A stretch of 63,920 nucleotides of DNA, filler included, from Limisphaerales bacterium (GTDB lineage Bacteria; Verrucomicrobiota; Verrucomicrobiia; Limisphaerales; SIBE01): assembly GCA_044225505.1 (NCBI GenBank). It is 7 parts of 7 records of this genome, joined end to end, with 100 filler letters (N's around TTAATTAATTAA, not from the genome) between each part and the next. Parts side by side here need not be neighbours in the genome. Positions count along the whole stretch, not along the records: positions 19,727 to 29,441 come from JBGAIN010000233.1; positions 29,542 to 39,186 come from JBGAIN010000234.1; 5 more parts are not named here. One strand, 5' to 3'. Shown here one piece after another: positions 20,107 through 29,543 of the stretch. Below the pieces are notes generated by a model that ran no database searches, was not told where the DNA came from, and saw only the letters and a program-made list of their open reading frames with translations. The position numbers and the translations under genes are program-made. How positions within the stretch are numbered: position 1 is the first letter of the stretch; the number at the start of each line of letters is the position of its first letter.

Positions 20107-21987
20107 ATGATCCACTTACGTTGTTATGAACCTGCCGGCCGGGTCTTGCAGTTCAGTCCTGACGATCTCACCCGTCACATCATCGCCTTTGGTGCGACTG
20201 GCAGCGGGAAGACGACGGGATTGATCAATCCGATGCTCCAGCAACTGCTGAACTGGCGTGCAGATGACCCGAGCCGTCGCCCCGGCCTGCTGATGCTGGA
20301 TCCCAAAGGGGACGACTCCGCCGAAAAAGTGCGGTCTTATGCGCGCTCCGCAGGTAGGGAAGCAGACTTGGCTATCCTGTCGCTTGGCGGCAACACATTT
20401 TACGATATCCTGGGCGGCCTCGAGCGCCTGGAGCAGATTGAAACGTACGCGCGGCGTCTCTTATCCGGAACTCGCGACCTAGGAAGAGACAATGCTTATT
20501 GGACGGAGACCCGGGACGGCTTGGTCCAAACCGCTTTGGTTATCCTTCTGGCAAACGGACGGCCGGTCACGTTCGACGACGCAGTTTCATTCATGCAAGC
20601 TTGGTGGTTCGCACCTGCTTGCACACGCGTGCAGCCGAAGCTCGATTTCGTTAATCAGCTCTTGTCCGGAGACGTCCTCCATCCGTTATCTCGTCGACGT
20701 CTCGAACTCGCTTTGAGCGAAGTAAAGAACTGGACGACCCTCGATGGCCGAACAAAAGACCTGCACCGCAGTACCCTTGCCAATGCCCTTCGCCCATTGC
20801 TCTCATCTGCGGCGCATTCTCTGTTCGCCCCATCAGGAATCGAATTCCACGCCGGGGATGTACTGGAAGGTAAAGTCCTTGTCGTTTCGGTGGACGCCGT
20901 GTCGCATCCTGAATTGGCCCGAATGGTCTTTCGAATCGTTCGCCAGGAGTTTTACGCGGCAGTTCAGTCGCGAAAGCACTTCCGAGCAGACCGCGACAGG
21001 CCTTGTGGCCTTATAGCGGACGAATTAGCCCTCTCTGTAATGCCAGAGGACGTGCAGGCACTGTCCGTAATTCGAGCGAAAGGCGGTTTTGTGGTCGCCG
21101 CCGCTCAATCACTCAATGGACTGGATGAGGTGCTTGGGGCGCGGGGCCGGGAGGCATTGCTTGTCAATTTCAATACAACATTCTTTTTTTCCGCTCGGGA
21201 GCGGGCGCTTGACGAACACGCGTTCTTTTCACTCGGTATTCGGGAGAAGCGTGAACGGCAGCGGACTCACATCGACCAAGGTGAACTCGTAACCAGCAGT
21301 GTCAGAGAATCGGTCGTCCAGGAGGCAATCTGTCCGCCTGGCTCCCTCGCCCGCCTCCAGCAACATCAGGCATTCGTAAAACTGGCGGACGGCACGGGAA
21401 CCCCAGGGCCGGTCTGGCTCGAACCGAGCTATTTTGACTCCCAAGAGCGAGCCGAGCCGCAGGAAACCGATGATTTAGCAGAGGCCATTGAAAAGGCGAG
21501 AAACCTGCCCCTCCAGAATGGCGGGCGCGAGGAGGGGCTTTCTTTGTTTCTCCTTCACATGCACAAGCGCCACCACGCGCTACGAACGTCGCCCACCGTT
21601 CTGGCAGCAATCTGGCCCCTCTGTGTGCCAAGGGTCTCCAGGAACGAACTCCTTTCTCGTTTCCCGCAGCGCATTCCCGGTTTGGAATCGCTCCCGTCGT
21701 GTTGGTTGGCTGGCCTGTCCCGTTGGTTTGCAGTGAATCCATTGTTGACTCCAGCTGTCACCGAAATTGCAGTCCGATCTGGATTACTTTGGCCGAAGCT
21801 GGATCGAGCCTTCACACTCTGGGGAGACGGAGAGACCCTGATCCCTGAAAGTATCAACCTATTCGTCTATCCGTCCTTGTGGCGTTCTCCCTCTCCGCGA
21901 CATCGGATGAGTCTGGCGGTAGAGCGGCCGGATCTGGTAGAGGAGCTCAACTCGCTTCCGCCGCAAGGCACAGCCATTGCACAGTAA
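20107..21987 (+). CDS. VirD4/TraD-like type IV coupling ATPase
   Basis: Walker A GATGSGKT, LDPKGD, NAYW, Walker B LIADE, AAAQSLNGL...LLVNFNT. Confidence 0.78.
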   Translation: MIHLRCYEPAGRVLQFSPDDLTRHIIAFGATGSGKTTGLINPMLQQLLNWRADDPSRRPGLLMLDPKGDDSAEKVRSYARSAGREADLAILSLGGNTFYDILGGLERLEQIETYARRLLSGTRDLGRDNAYWTETRDGLVQTALVILLANGRPVTFDDAVSFMQAWWFAPACTRVQPKLDFVNQLLSGDVLHPLSRRRLELALSEVKNWTTLDGRTKDLHRSTLANALRPLLSSAAHSLFAPSGIEFHAGDVLEGKVLVVSVDAVSHPELARMVFRIVRQEFYAAVQSRKHFRADRDRPCGLIADELALSVMPEDVQALSVIRAKGGFVVAAAQSLNGLDEVLGARGREALLVNFNTTFFFSARERALDEHAFFSLGIREKRERQRTHIDQGELVTSSVRESVVQEAICPPGSLARLQQHQAFVKLADGTGTPGPVWLEPSYFDSQERAEPQETDDLAEAIEKARNLPLQNGGREEGLSLFLLHMHKRHHALRTSPTVLAAIWPLCVPRVSRNELLSRFPQRIPGLESLPSCWLAGLSRWFAVNPLLTPAVTEIAVRSGLLWPKLDRAFTLWGDGETLIPESINLFVYPSLWRSPSPRHRMSLAVERPDLVEELNSLPPQGTAIAQ

Positions 21988-22032
21988 GCAACAGCGCCGC
22001 CACCCGCGGCGCTGCGCCTGTGATCTGGTGGT

Positions 22033-22611
22033 TTAGGGCAGATCGTCCAATTCCACAAGGACTCGCTTGGCCAGCTCGCGGACCTCGCGCACGTATTTGC
22101 GGTGTCCTCGGGCCGGGATGCGGTCGCTCTCTAAGAACACCGATTCCCAGGCAGCGATCGTGGGCAGCAGTCGCCGGGGTGCGCGCGAACGCAGCCGCGG
22201 GAATAGCTGGGCACTGAGATCCCGGAGCCCTGCCTCTTTAGCAGGCGAACGCGGACCGGCGTCCGCGGAACCGATGTTGTCATCCCAAGTCGCATGTCGA
22301 GCGTGAAAGCCGCGTTTGCGGGTCATGGCATACACGAGGGACGAGATGACCCCACGCATGTAATTCAGAAACGTAGGTTTGTCGCTAATGTCCACCAAGC
22401 GTGGCTTCCGGCCACCCTGGTCCGTCTCCAACCCCATCAGCACTGCGTGAAAGGCTCGTTGCGTTACGTCCTCCCCGCACGCGGGGGGAGCGCCGGCTGC
22501 AACGAGGCGGCATTCAGCAAAGTCCGTAAGGTCGGCGCAATCGGCCTCAATTATCTCGCGCAGGCGAGTTTCGCAAAGGGCCGTATACTCCGGGCTAAAC
22601 GGAGGATTCAT
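22033..22611 (-). CDS. Hypothetical protein, weakly sigma-factor region 2-like
   Basis: GEDVTQRAF...FLNYMRGVISSLVYAMTRKR resembles the AEDxxQxxF...FxxYxxxxxxN pattern. Confidence 0.45.
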   Translation of the reverse strand: MNPPFSPEYTALCETRLREIIEADCADLTDFAECRLVAAGAPPACGEDVTQRAFHAVLMGLETDQGGRKPRLVDISDKPTFLNYMRGVISSLVYAMTRKRGFHARHATWDDNIGSADAGPRSPAKEAGLRDLSAQLFPRLRSRAPRRLLPTIAAWESVFLESDRIPARGHRKYVREVRELAKRVLVELDDLP

Positions 22612-22634
22612 ACGACCATTTGTTTGGCCGCGAT

Positions 22635-23369
22635 TTAGTCCGGGACTGTGACTGCGACGGCCGTCGAACTTTGAGCTGCGATCAAACTTCGCCCCGACGG
22701 AGTGAACATTGTGTCTGGATTACCGCACACGAGGTGGCGAAGCTCTAGTAATAGAGGGCCGTGAACACCGATCAGAGTCGGAGCCCTCCAAATACCCGCA
22801 TCGTAATGGCCGACCGGTGAGCACACGAACTCACATACGCACGTGTGGAACACGTACCTCTGGACGGATGGCCGCCATCCAATCTCGGCGAAGACTCGAT
22901 CTCCTTGACCTGTGACGGAATTCAGGACGAAACCCTTTCGCTCGGCTTGAGGAATCAGAAGCCCTGGTGTGGCGATAGGACACCGGACCGAACCACTCAA
23001 TGCCACCAACCCTGCAAGTTCAGACAGAACGCCGAAAACGGACCGGGTGACTTGGAACCTGGAGTAAAGCTCGGCGAGCAGCGCTTCCGCGGGCAGGTAA
23101 ACTCCGAGCCGAGTCTCAACGACATAGTGTTCCGAGCATTCCAGGTCAAAGGGTAGACGGTCCGATGCGAATACGATGTGCTCGAGCCTCAGCCGGTTAG
23201 GTGCATGTTGAGAGATGCGCCGGAAGAGTGGAATGGCCGTGCCCTTTCTTGCAGTGGCCCATTCCATCTGCAATCCAAGTGGAGTGATTCTAGCATCTGC
23301 CAACTGGGGGGAAGAGCATGATGTAAATAACGGTCCAATTCTCAGGGTTTCCATATTCCTCCTTGGCAA
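22635..23369 (-). CDS. Hypothetical protein
   Basis: 244-aa ORF co-oriented with and 23 nt upstream of the 22033-22611 gene; no motif recognised. Confidence 0.55.
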   Translation of the reverse strand: MPRRNMETLRIGPLFTSCSSPQLADARITPLGLQMEWATARKGTAIPLFRRISQHAPNRLRLEHIVFASDRLPFDLECSEHYVVETRLGVYLPAEALLAELYSRFQVTRSVFGVLSELAGLVALSGSVRCPIATPGLLIPQAERKGFVLNSVTGQGDRVFAEIGWRPSVQRYVFHTCVCEFVCSPVGHYDAGIWRAPTLIGVHGPLLLELRHLVCGNPDTMFTPSGRSLIAAQSSTAVAVTVPD

Positions 23370-23500
23370 CGAACAACTCTTTGTTTGGCCGTCTATTCAC
23401 TCGCGGGCACAAGATCTCTCAGCCCGGAGCTATTCCCGTTGATGAAGTCGTCGTCTGATCGCAGTGGAACGAAATCGCGCCGACTGGTTGGAATCAAAAT

Positions 23501-24122
23501 ATGGAAACCCTCGCAACATTTTTTAAGAAGTTGGCTCAGTACGAAGGCACGCCCGTGGCGAACTTGATTTCTCCGTGGAAGCCTCATGATGTTAAGGCGA
23601 TCTCGAAAGCCTTCGACACTGATAGACTTTTCAGTTAAAGGCACTACTTCCGTTCAGGCTTTAGGAAATCGCGTTGCTGATGCCGTTGCCGGTGGGTTGG
23701 GCAGGTCTCTTCGGAGATACCGCCTCTGCACCTGTTCCGGGCAAGGCTATCCCGATCGCCGCCTCCAAGCGGTAGAGGACAACCGATCATTTGCCTTTGA
23801 ATTAAAGGCGAAAACCAGATTCAACCCCCAAGACACAAACCGGGTCATCTTGACGTCCGGGACAAGAAAGCTTCGCCGTAATTTCCCGGCCGGCAAGCCG
23901 CTCTGCCATGTTCTCGTAACAGTTCTTTATTCGAAATCCCACAGAGGCCGTTCGTGGCAGGTCGAAGTCAACGGGATACGGCTTGACTTCCTCGAGCCTT
24001 GGACCCCAATCCAGAAGCGATATGAGGCATCCATAAATCATAGGTTGCTATCTAAGGGGAAGCACTTCACTCGAGTGATCGCGTCTCCTTCGACGAAATC
24101 ACGGCAAAAACACGGAAGTTAA
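23501..24122 (+). pseudogene. PD-(D/E)xK restriction-endonuclease-like gene, apparently frameshifted
   Basis: Catalytic-type GYPD...FELKAK in ORF 23586-24122. A protein-like N-terminus METLATFFKKLAQYEG... (23501-23638) overlaps it in another frame. Confidence 0.55.
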
Positions 24123-24171
24123 CTACTTCCGCAAGCCTTCGATTGCGTGCCGATACATAGGATCCCAGGCG

Positions 24172-25041
24172 TCATGGCGCCTTCAACAGCAATGCGGCTT
24201 TTCGGGCGATCGAAAAAAGGAACTCTGGCAAATCAGCGTACGATTGGAGCCTTACAGCAGCTATTTTGGAGTCACGTAATTCCAACAGTCCGTCATGTGC
24301 GTTCGTCTTTGCCAAATTAGCCAGCACGGCTCTAGACGGTGTGTCGTCGCCAGAGGTGCCAACTGCGAGTATCCGCTTATGCGCAAACACATAGTCCATC
24401 ATTTTCCAGGTGGTGTGCTGTGGATCACCGAGCGCTTCAAAATAGGCTTGCGAAGAAAGAACTATGTCCATGGTTTCGATCCCGTCTTCCGCATCAAACG
24501 GAAGATATCCGTGTGAATGGAAAATGTGAACATCAGCGCGCTTCAGTAGCTGTGGGTACGCGGTTATTGGTTGGGCAATAAAACCGTACAACCTCAAGTA
24601 AGTTTCCAGTAGACTATCAAAGTTTAGTGTCAGAACGTTCTCCACTCGCCCGCGTGCGGTGCCGCTAATGAGCGAACCTAGCGCAACGAGATTGTGTGAT
24701 GCCCAGTTGCCCCTCCTTTCTCGCCAACGAAAATAGAGCCACTTCTTTACTTTGGCCTTGAATCCCGATTTATCGAGTCGCTCGATTTTTCGAAAAATCT
24801 CACCTAGATCGCTACCGTTTTTCTTCTTCCTATTGATTCCTTGACCGCTAATCTTCGGAACCTTGTTAAGTCCAGCCTCGCGGGCCATTACTCGGGCCAA
24901 GGTATGCCACGTCGGGATTCCGAGGCCACGAGACACTCCGGCGCCCAATAAGAGGGCTAGCTCACCGCGATGGAGCATTCTCGCGAGCTCGCTGGCGGCA
25001 GAATCTGGATCGCTTAGATATAATGACCAATCAACGTCCAT
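24172..25041 (-). CDS. SIR2-family (SIR2_2 type) putative NADase
   Basis: LLLGAGVS..LGIPTW, VLTLNFDSLLE, IFHSHG, LAVGTSGDD. ATG at 25041. Confidence 0.88.
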   Translation of the reverse strand: MDVDWSLYLSDPDSAASELARMLHRGELALLLGAGVSRGLGIPTWHTLARVMAREAGLNKVPKISGQGINRKKKNGSDLGEIFRKIERLDKSGFKAKVKKWLYFRWRERRGNWASHNLVALGSLISGTARGRVENVLTLNFDSLLETYLRLYGFIAQPITAYPQLLKRADVHIFHSHGYLPFDAEDGIETMDIVLSSQAYFEALGDPQHTTWKMMDYVFAHKRILAVGTSGDDTPSRAVLANLAKTNAHDGLLELRDSKIAAVRLQSYADLPEFLFSIARKAALLLKAP

Positions 25042-25042
25042 G

Positions 25043-25867
25043 CTAGGATGCCTGACCGCCAAGGGCGGCCTTATTCAGCGGATTTGCTGTTGCCGATGTG
25101 CGAAGAAGTCCGAATTCTCCTAAGACATTTATCAACTCAAGCAATTTACATGCGGTCGTCGACCAATCTGCGCCGGGGGTAAACCGAAAATTGCCATGCT
25201 GGTCGAACCAACATACAAACGGCCGACGGTTGCCACCCACCGGATCAAGATAGTTTCGAGCCAGGCGGCAGTCTTTCGGCTCGACCAAGACCCCTTCGGC
25301 TCCGTTCAGTTCGGAGTAAAGGCGGGACTGAATAACATTCTCCCCAAAGAATACGGCGGAGCGGAGGAAGGGAATGCCAGTAATGATCATCCTTCCTGCA
25401 CGCACTGAAAGGGTACCATTTTTCACCTCAATCCCCTTCAGCTTCCTGAATGCTTCTTTCACATCGACGGCAACCGGCGCGGTGAAGATGCGGCCGGGTT
25501 GCCAAAGTGAAATCAAGTACCGCAAAAGAGAAAAGTACGGGCTTGCAACGATACAGACGGTTCCCTCCGCTTCAATTCTTGCGATGGAAGTAAGCATAGG
25601 GTATTGAAAAAGCCCTTTGTCCAGGCGCCGAGGAAAGTCGCGAGTCTCCGGGTCTAGTTCCCCCCAGGTTGCACCCCCATGTTCCAAGCTGTCCTCAGCG
25701 AGCGGAAAGAAAACTCTATCGGTGTTGATGAAGACCAGAGAAGAAAGCCCAGGCTTGGACGTAGGCCAAGCACGCTCGGTGTCGATCTCGGCAACATGAA
25801 TCCCCCGCTTTGGGACTGTACTACTCTTCAGCGGTGTCCCAGAGGTGGACCCGAACCTTAGGACCAA
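25043..25867 (-). CDS. Uncharacterised protein coupled to the SIR2 gene; 5' end overlaps the IS3 terminus
   Basis: 274-aa ORF whose TAG lies 1 nt before the SIR2 ATG. The first 9 codons lie inside the IS inverted repeat. Confidence 0.65.
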   Translation of the reverse strand: MVLRFGSTSGTPLKSSTVPKRGIHVAEIDTERAWPTSKPGLSSLVFINTDRVFFPLAEDSLEHGGATWGELDPETRDFPRRLDKGLFQYPMLTSIARIEAEGTVCIVASPYFSLLRYLISLWQPGRIFTAPVAVDVKEAFRKLKGIEVKNGTLSVRAGRMIITGIPFLRSAVFFGENVIQSRLYSELNGAEGVLVEPKDCRLARNYLDPVGGNRRPFVCWFDQHGNFRFTPGADWSTTACKLLELINVLGEFGLLRTSATANPLNKAALGGQAS

Positions 25868-25889
25868 AATGCAGGAAAATTAAGCTATG

Positions 25890-26071
25890 GTTTCGGGGTT
25901 CTGCTCAGGGTTCATGGTTGACTATCCAGAGCGTCAGCTCTGGCCTAAACTGATTAACGAATCGGTCTCGGTCAAGGCTCGTTTCGGGGTTCTGCTCAGG
26001 GTTCATGGTTGACTATCCAGAGCGTCAGCTCTGGCCTAAACTGATTAACGAATCGGTCTCGGTCAAGGCTC
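25890..26071. repeat. Perfect 91-bp tandem duplication
   Basis: 25890-25980 is identical to 25981-26071. Confidence 0.95.
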
Positions 26072-26228
26072 CACCCAAGGTCCGAAGATCGGCGGCATCG
26101 GGGCGGGGAGGATTGGCTTTCGAGCTCAGAGCTCGCAAGCCTTCCCGCCGAGCGAAGCGAGGGGACCCTGGGCCGCCGCAGCTGAGGGCCGGGGCTCCGA
26201 ACTGAGAGGCGCCCCGACGCGCGCGACG

Positions 26229-27128
26229 TCAATAGCTGCTGGTGTCCCAAATCGGCGGCACCGCGCCGAAAGCGGCCGGATCGCGGTAAACTTCTCCCGG
26301 AGCCGATCCCTCCCAAACCGAATGCGGGCGATGGTTGTTGTAATGGGCGAAGTACTTGGCCAAACCGCGCCCGGCTTCCAGCCCATCGAGGTAGTCCTGG
26401 AGATAGATGTCTTCGTATTTGACGGTCCGCCACAGCCGCTCGATAAAGCGGTTGTCGACCCACCGTCCCCGGCCGTCCATGCTCACATCCACTCCGGCAG
26501 ACTCGACGGCGTCCAGGTAAACCTGGCTGGTAAACTGCGCGCCCTGGTCGGTATTGGAGATCCGCGGTGGCCGGTTTCCCGACGCCAGAGCTTGCTCCCA
26601 AGCGCGCACGCAAAACTCCGAGTCCAAGCTGTTGCTTAAGACCCAGGAGAGCACGTAACGACTCCACCAGTCCATGACCGCAACCAAATACATAAACCCC
26701 CGCTGCATAGGCACATAGGTGATGTCGCTGCACCAGACCTGGTCCGGCCCTGTGATCTCCAGGCCCTCCAAAAGATACGGGTAGATTTGATGGCCTTCTC
26801 CAGGCTGACTGGTCCAGGGCCTGGGGTGGATGGCTTGGATTCCCATCACCCCCAAGAGCCGCGTCACTCGCTTGCGATTGATCCGGTAACCCTGGCGTTG
26901 CAACAGCAGCAACAGCCGCCGACTCCCGTAGACCGGATGTTTCAAATGCAGCTGATCCAACTGCCGCATGAGGGCCAGGTTCTCCGCCGTCTCGGGACAT
27001 GGTTCGTAATAGAGGCCGCTGCGCACCAGGCCCAGCAGTTCGCATTGATGGCGGATGCTCGTTTGCTCGCATGGCTCGACTAGTTGCCGGCGCTCGCCTA
27101 CAGACCCAACTGCTTGGACTTTTTTTTC
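26229..27128 (-). CDS. IS3 transposase OrfB (DDE/rve domain), reached by -1 frameshift
   Basis: YGSRR, VWCSDITY, NTDQGAQF, DNRFIERLWRTVKYE; A8G slippery run at 27119-27127. Confidence 0.93.
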   Translation of the reverse strand, partial: EKKVQAVGSVGERRQLVEPCEQTSIRHQCELLGLVRSGLYYEPCPETAENLALMRQLDQLHLKHPVYGSRRLLLLLQRQGYRINRKRVTRLLGVMGIQAIHPRPWTSQPGEGHQIYPYLLEGLEITGPDQVWCSDITYVPMQRGFMYLVAVMDWWSRYVLSWVLSNSLDSEFCVRAWEQALASGNRPPRISNTDQGAQFTSQVYLDAVESAGVDVSMDGRGRWVDNRFIERLWRTVKYEDIYLQDYLDGLEAGRGLAKYFAHYNNHRPHSVWEGSAPGEVYRDPAAFGAVPPIWDTSSY

Positions 27129-27406
27129 AGCCAGTCCAGATCGACCGTCAATTGGCCGATCTTTTCGTGCAGTTGGGCAATGGTCCGTTCCGAGTCCGGA
27201 TTGGCTTGAGCAGGCGTCTCGAACAGCTCCGGAAGCCGATCTCGGATCACCCCTCGCCACTGCGTAATCAGGGTCGGATGCACCTGATATTCTCGGGCCA
27301 GTTGCCCGACGGTTTTGACACCAAGAATCGCCTCCAATCCAACTTTGGCTTTGAAGGCCCCACTGTATCGTTTGCGTTTTGCTTTCATGGTTCTGCTCTT
27401 TCTCAT
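27098..27406 (-). CDS. IS3 transposase OrfA (HTH)
   Basis: RKRYSGAFKAKVGLEA...LHEKIGQLTVDLDWLKKKS. Confidence 0.92.
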   Translation of the reverse strand: MRKSRTMKAKRKRYSGAFKAKVGLEAILGVKTVGQLAREYQVHPTLITQWRGVIRDRLPELFETPAQANPDSERTIAQLHEKIGQLTVDLDWLKKKSKQLGL

Positions 27407-27741
27407 ATCGAGCAGAACCCCGGAAGTTTATAGCTTAGCCTCTGGTCCAAATTTCGGGGACCACTTCAGCTCCTTCGATTGTTGCTTTGACGGTGCGTTT
27501 AAGCTATTCAGGAGCCCACGTCAATCGGGGCGCTACCGGCTGGACGGAGTGCCCACTCGCTTAGCGAAAAGTCAGACCTCGTTCGCAGTCGTCATTCGGA
27601 GACTCTTTTGGAATTACAGGCCATTACCGAGATGCGAATAATTTGCGAGCGGATGAGAGGATCACCTGGAGGAGAATCTGCGTTCGCGCTCGATGCGTCA
27701 GTCGAAAAGGGCCAACCAGCCATTGCAGCTTAAAGAGCGGG

Positions 27742-28050
27742 TTAGCTTACCGAAATGAGCGAAACCTGTCCGCCTGGTTGGCTGTTGCTAACTCCGGTGG
27801 CACGTGGGTCCAGTGTCGGTTTGCCGTCGATCACAAACTGATAGCGATGATGGCCATGCGGCAAGTTAATCTGCAGGGACCAGCACCCGTCTACCTGACG
27901 CTGCATGGGATGGGAGCGTTCATTCCAATCGTTGAAGTCCCCCATTACGAAGACCGCGTTGGCCCGAGGCGCTACGCAATAGAAATTGATTGGCTTCGCC
28001 ATTTTGGCCGCCTCGCGTATTGTATTTCGTTCCTCGCAGTTCGCTGTCAT
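27742..28050 (-). CDS. Stand-alone CBM48 / isoamylase early-set domain protein
   Basis: APRANAVFVMGDFNDWN...HPM...W...L..GHHRYQFVIDG...DP. Confidence 0.8.
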   Translation of the reverse strand: MTANCEERNTIREAAKMAKPINFYCVAPRANAVFVMGDFNDWNERSHPMQRQVDGCWSLQINLPHGHHRYQFVIDGKPTLDPRATGVSNSQPGGQVSLISVS

Positions 28051-29013
28051 AGCCTTTTCACCGAACTGCCGACGCGTTCCACACTGGGTATCGATATCTG
28101 GTGCGATCATCTCTTCGGCTCCATAGCAGATTTGCCGGTTTGTCCTTCCATAGAAACTAGCGCGGTTGACGACCGGAGCCATTGGGGTCCCTGCGAGGAT
28201 CGCCTGAGCGAAACGCCTATCTTAATATACTCGCAGGGCAGCGTCGGCGGCGTCGGCGATGTTGCATCAACATTGCTGCAAGGCCACATTAGCCGTTTGC
28301 ACTCGTCCACCAAGGATCGGGCCGTCTGCGCTGTATCGGCGAGCGAGGGTTGGGAGTGGACCCTCGCCAGGGACGTCGATTCGTTTTCCAAACGCCCGGA
28401 ACTCGGGGGACTCAGAAAAGCCAGGTTTCAATCGAGGGAGGATCCTCAAGTCTTGTCCAGATTAATAAGATTAATGTGAAGCTATTCACGAGGAATTCCA
28501 GTCGGACGCTATCGCTTCGGCGACTAGAATTAGACCGAACAATAAAGCGAGTTCATTCGCCAAGCACGCATGGGCCCATGGGATCGCCAATTGTTCCGAT
28601 GAGCCGCGGCCCAAGTGAGGGCGGCCGATTATGGCACTTTGGTCGCCGTGTCTCCAGATTTCCTTAAAATTGGCCGTTCGCAATTCCGTTAGCCATCTGC
28701 CTTCGAACCCGCCAACCGAGTTCTTAATTGGACGGTTACCGATTTCGGGAATGTTTAAATGCAGACGCCTGCCCCCTCACCAGCTTAAGCCCAGAATTCA
28801 GTTGCCCGCGGAAAACACCGTTGGCATCCAAGTAATGTCATGACGCATTGCCTTGCCCAAGAGTGCCGCCGCTTGGTGAGGCCCCTCCAAAAGCCTCGCC
28901 TTGCTCCTGCCACTAATGAAAGGAGCTTTTCCCGTCTCAACACGTTTGCACCGTCCAAAGGCTCCCCAGGCTTAACGGCAACCGTCATATCATCCCCAGG
29001 ATTCTGAAGCTGG

Positions 29014-29028
29014 AGGCACGGATTCTGC
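29014..29028 (+). promoter_or_regulatory. Possible sigma54 -24/-12 element
   Basis: AGGCACG-GATT-CTGC (GG-N10-GC), about 240 nt upstream of the metallophosphoesterase ORF. Confidence 0.3.
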
Positions 29029-29263
29029 GGTCATCTCGGGGTCCGCCGCCAAGACCAAGCGGATCTTACGGCTATTTCTCAGGACCGCAGTCTTTTAGCC
29101 AGTAGATCCTGGCGGGTGGTGTTCGTTTCCCGATGAACTAGGGGCGGAGATGCAGCACGAACCGACCATTCAACAGGGCCTGAGCGGGATCCCATCCTGG
29201 CATTCATGCGTGGTGGCAGCAACACCAGAAGCCCAAGACTAGAACTGGACGGGTGTATCATGG

Positions 29264-29441
29264 TTGATTAACCATCAATCGCGCATGCCGCCAAAGTCCA
29301 ATGACTCTGCCGACTTGATTCGGATTCGAGTTTTAGCGGCCGCTGACCTTCATCAATCGCGCTTGCATTATCGTAGTCTGGCCCTGGCGGTGAAGGTGCA
29401 CCAACCCGATGCCGTCGCCTTAGTCGGCGACTTCCTTCATG
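29264..29441 (+). CDS. Metallophosphoesterase, N-terminal fragment
   Basis: RVLAAADLH...PDAVALVGDF; cut by the linker. Confidence 0.75.
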
Positions 29442-29541
29442 NNNNNNNNNNNNNNNNNNNNNNNNNNNNNNNNNNNNNNNNNNNNTTAATTAATTAANNN
29501 NNNNNNNNNNNNNNNNNNNNNNNNNNNNNNNNNNNNNNNNN
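29442..29541. other. Artificial contig linker
   Basis: N44-TTAATTAATTAA-N44. Confidence 0.99.
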
Positions 29542-29543
29542 GC

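Larger units (their letters stand above)
25841..27468 (-). mobile_element. IS3-family insertion sequence
   Basis: Imperfect IRs TGAAGTGGTCCCCGAAATTTGGACCA and AGAGGTGGACCCGAACCTTAGGACCA (18/26 match), each followed internally by TAAGCTAT; orfA/orfB inside; no target duplication seen. Confidence 0.88.

Noticed and set aside
25890..26071. CRISPR array
   Set aside because: Only two adjacent 91-bp copies, with no spacers and no cas genes.
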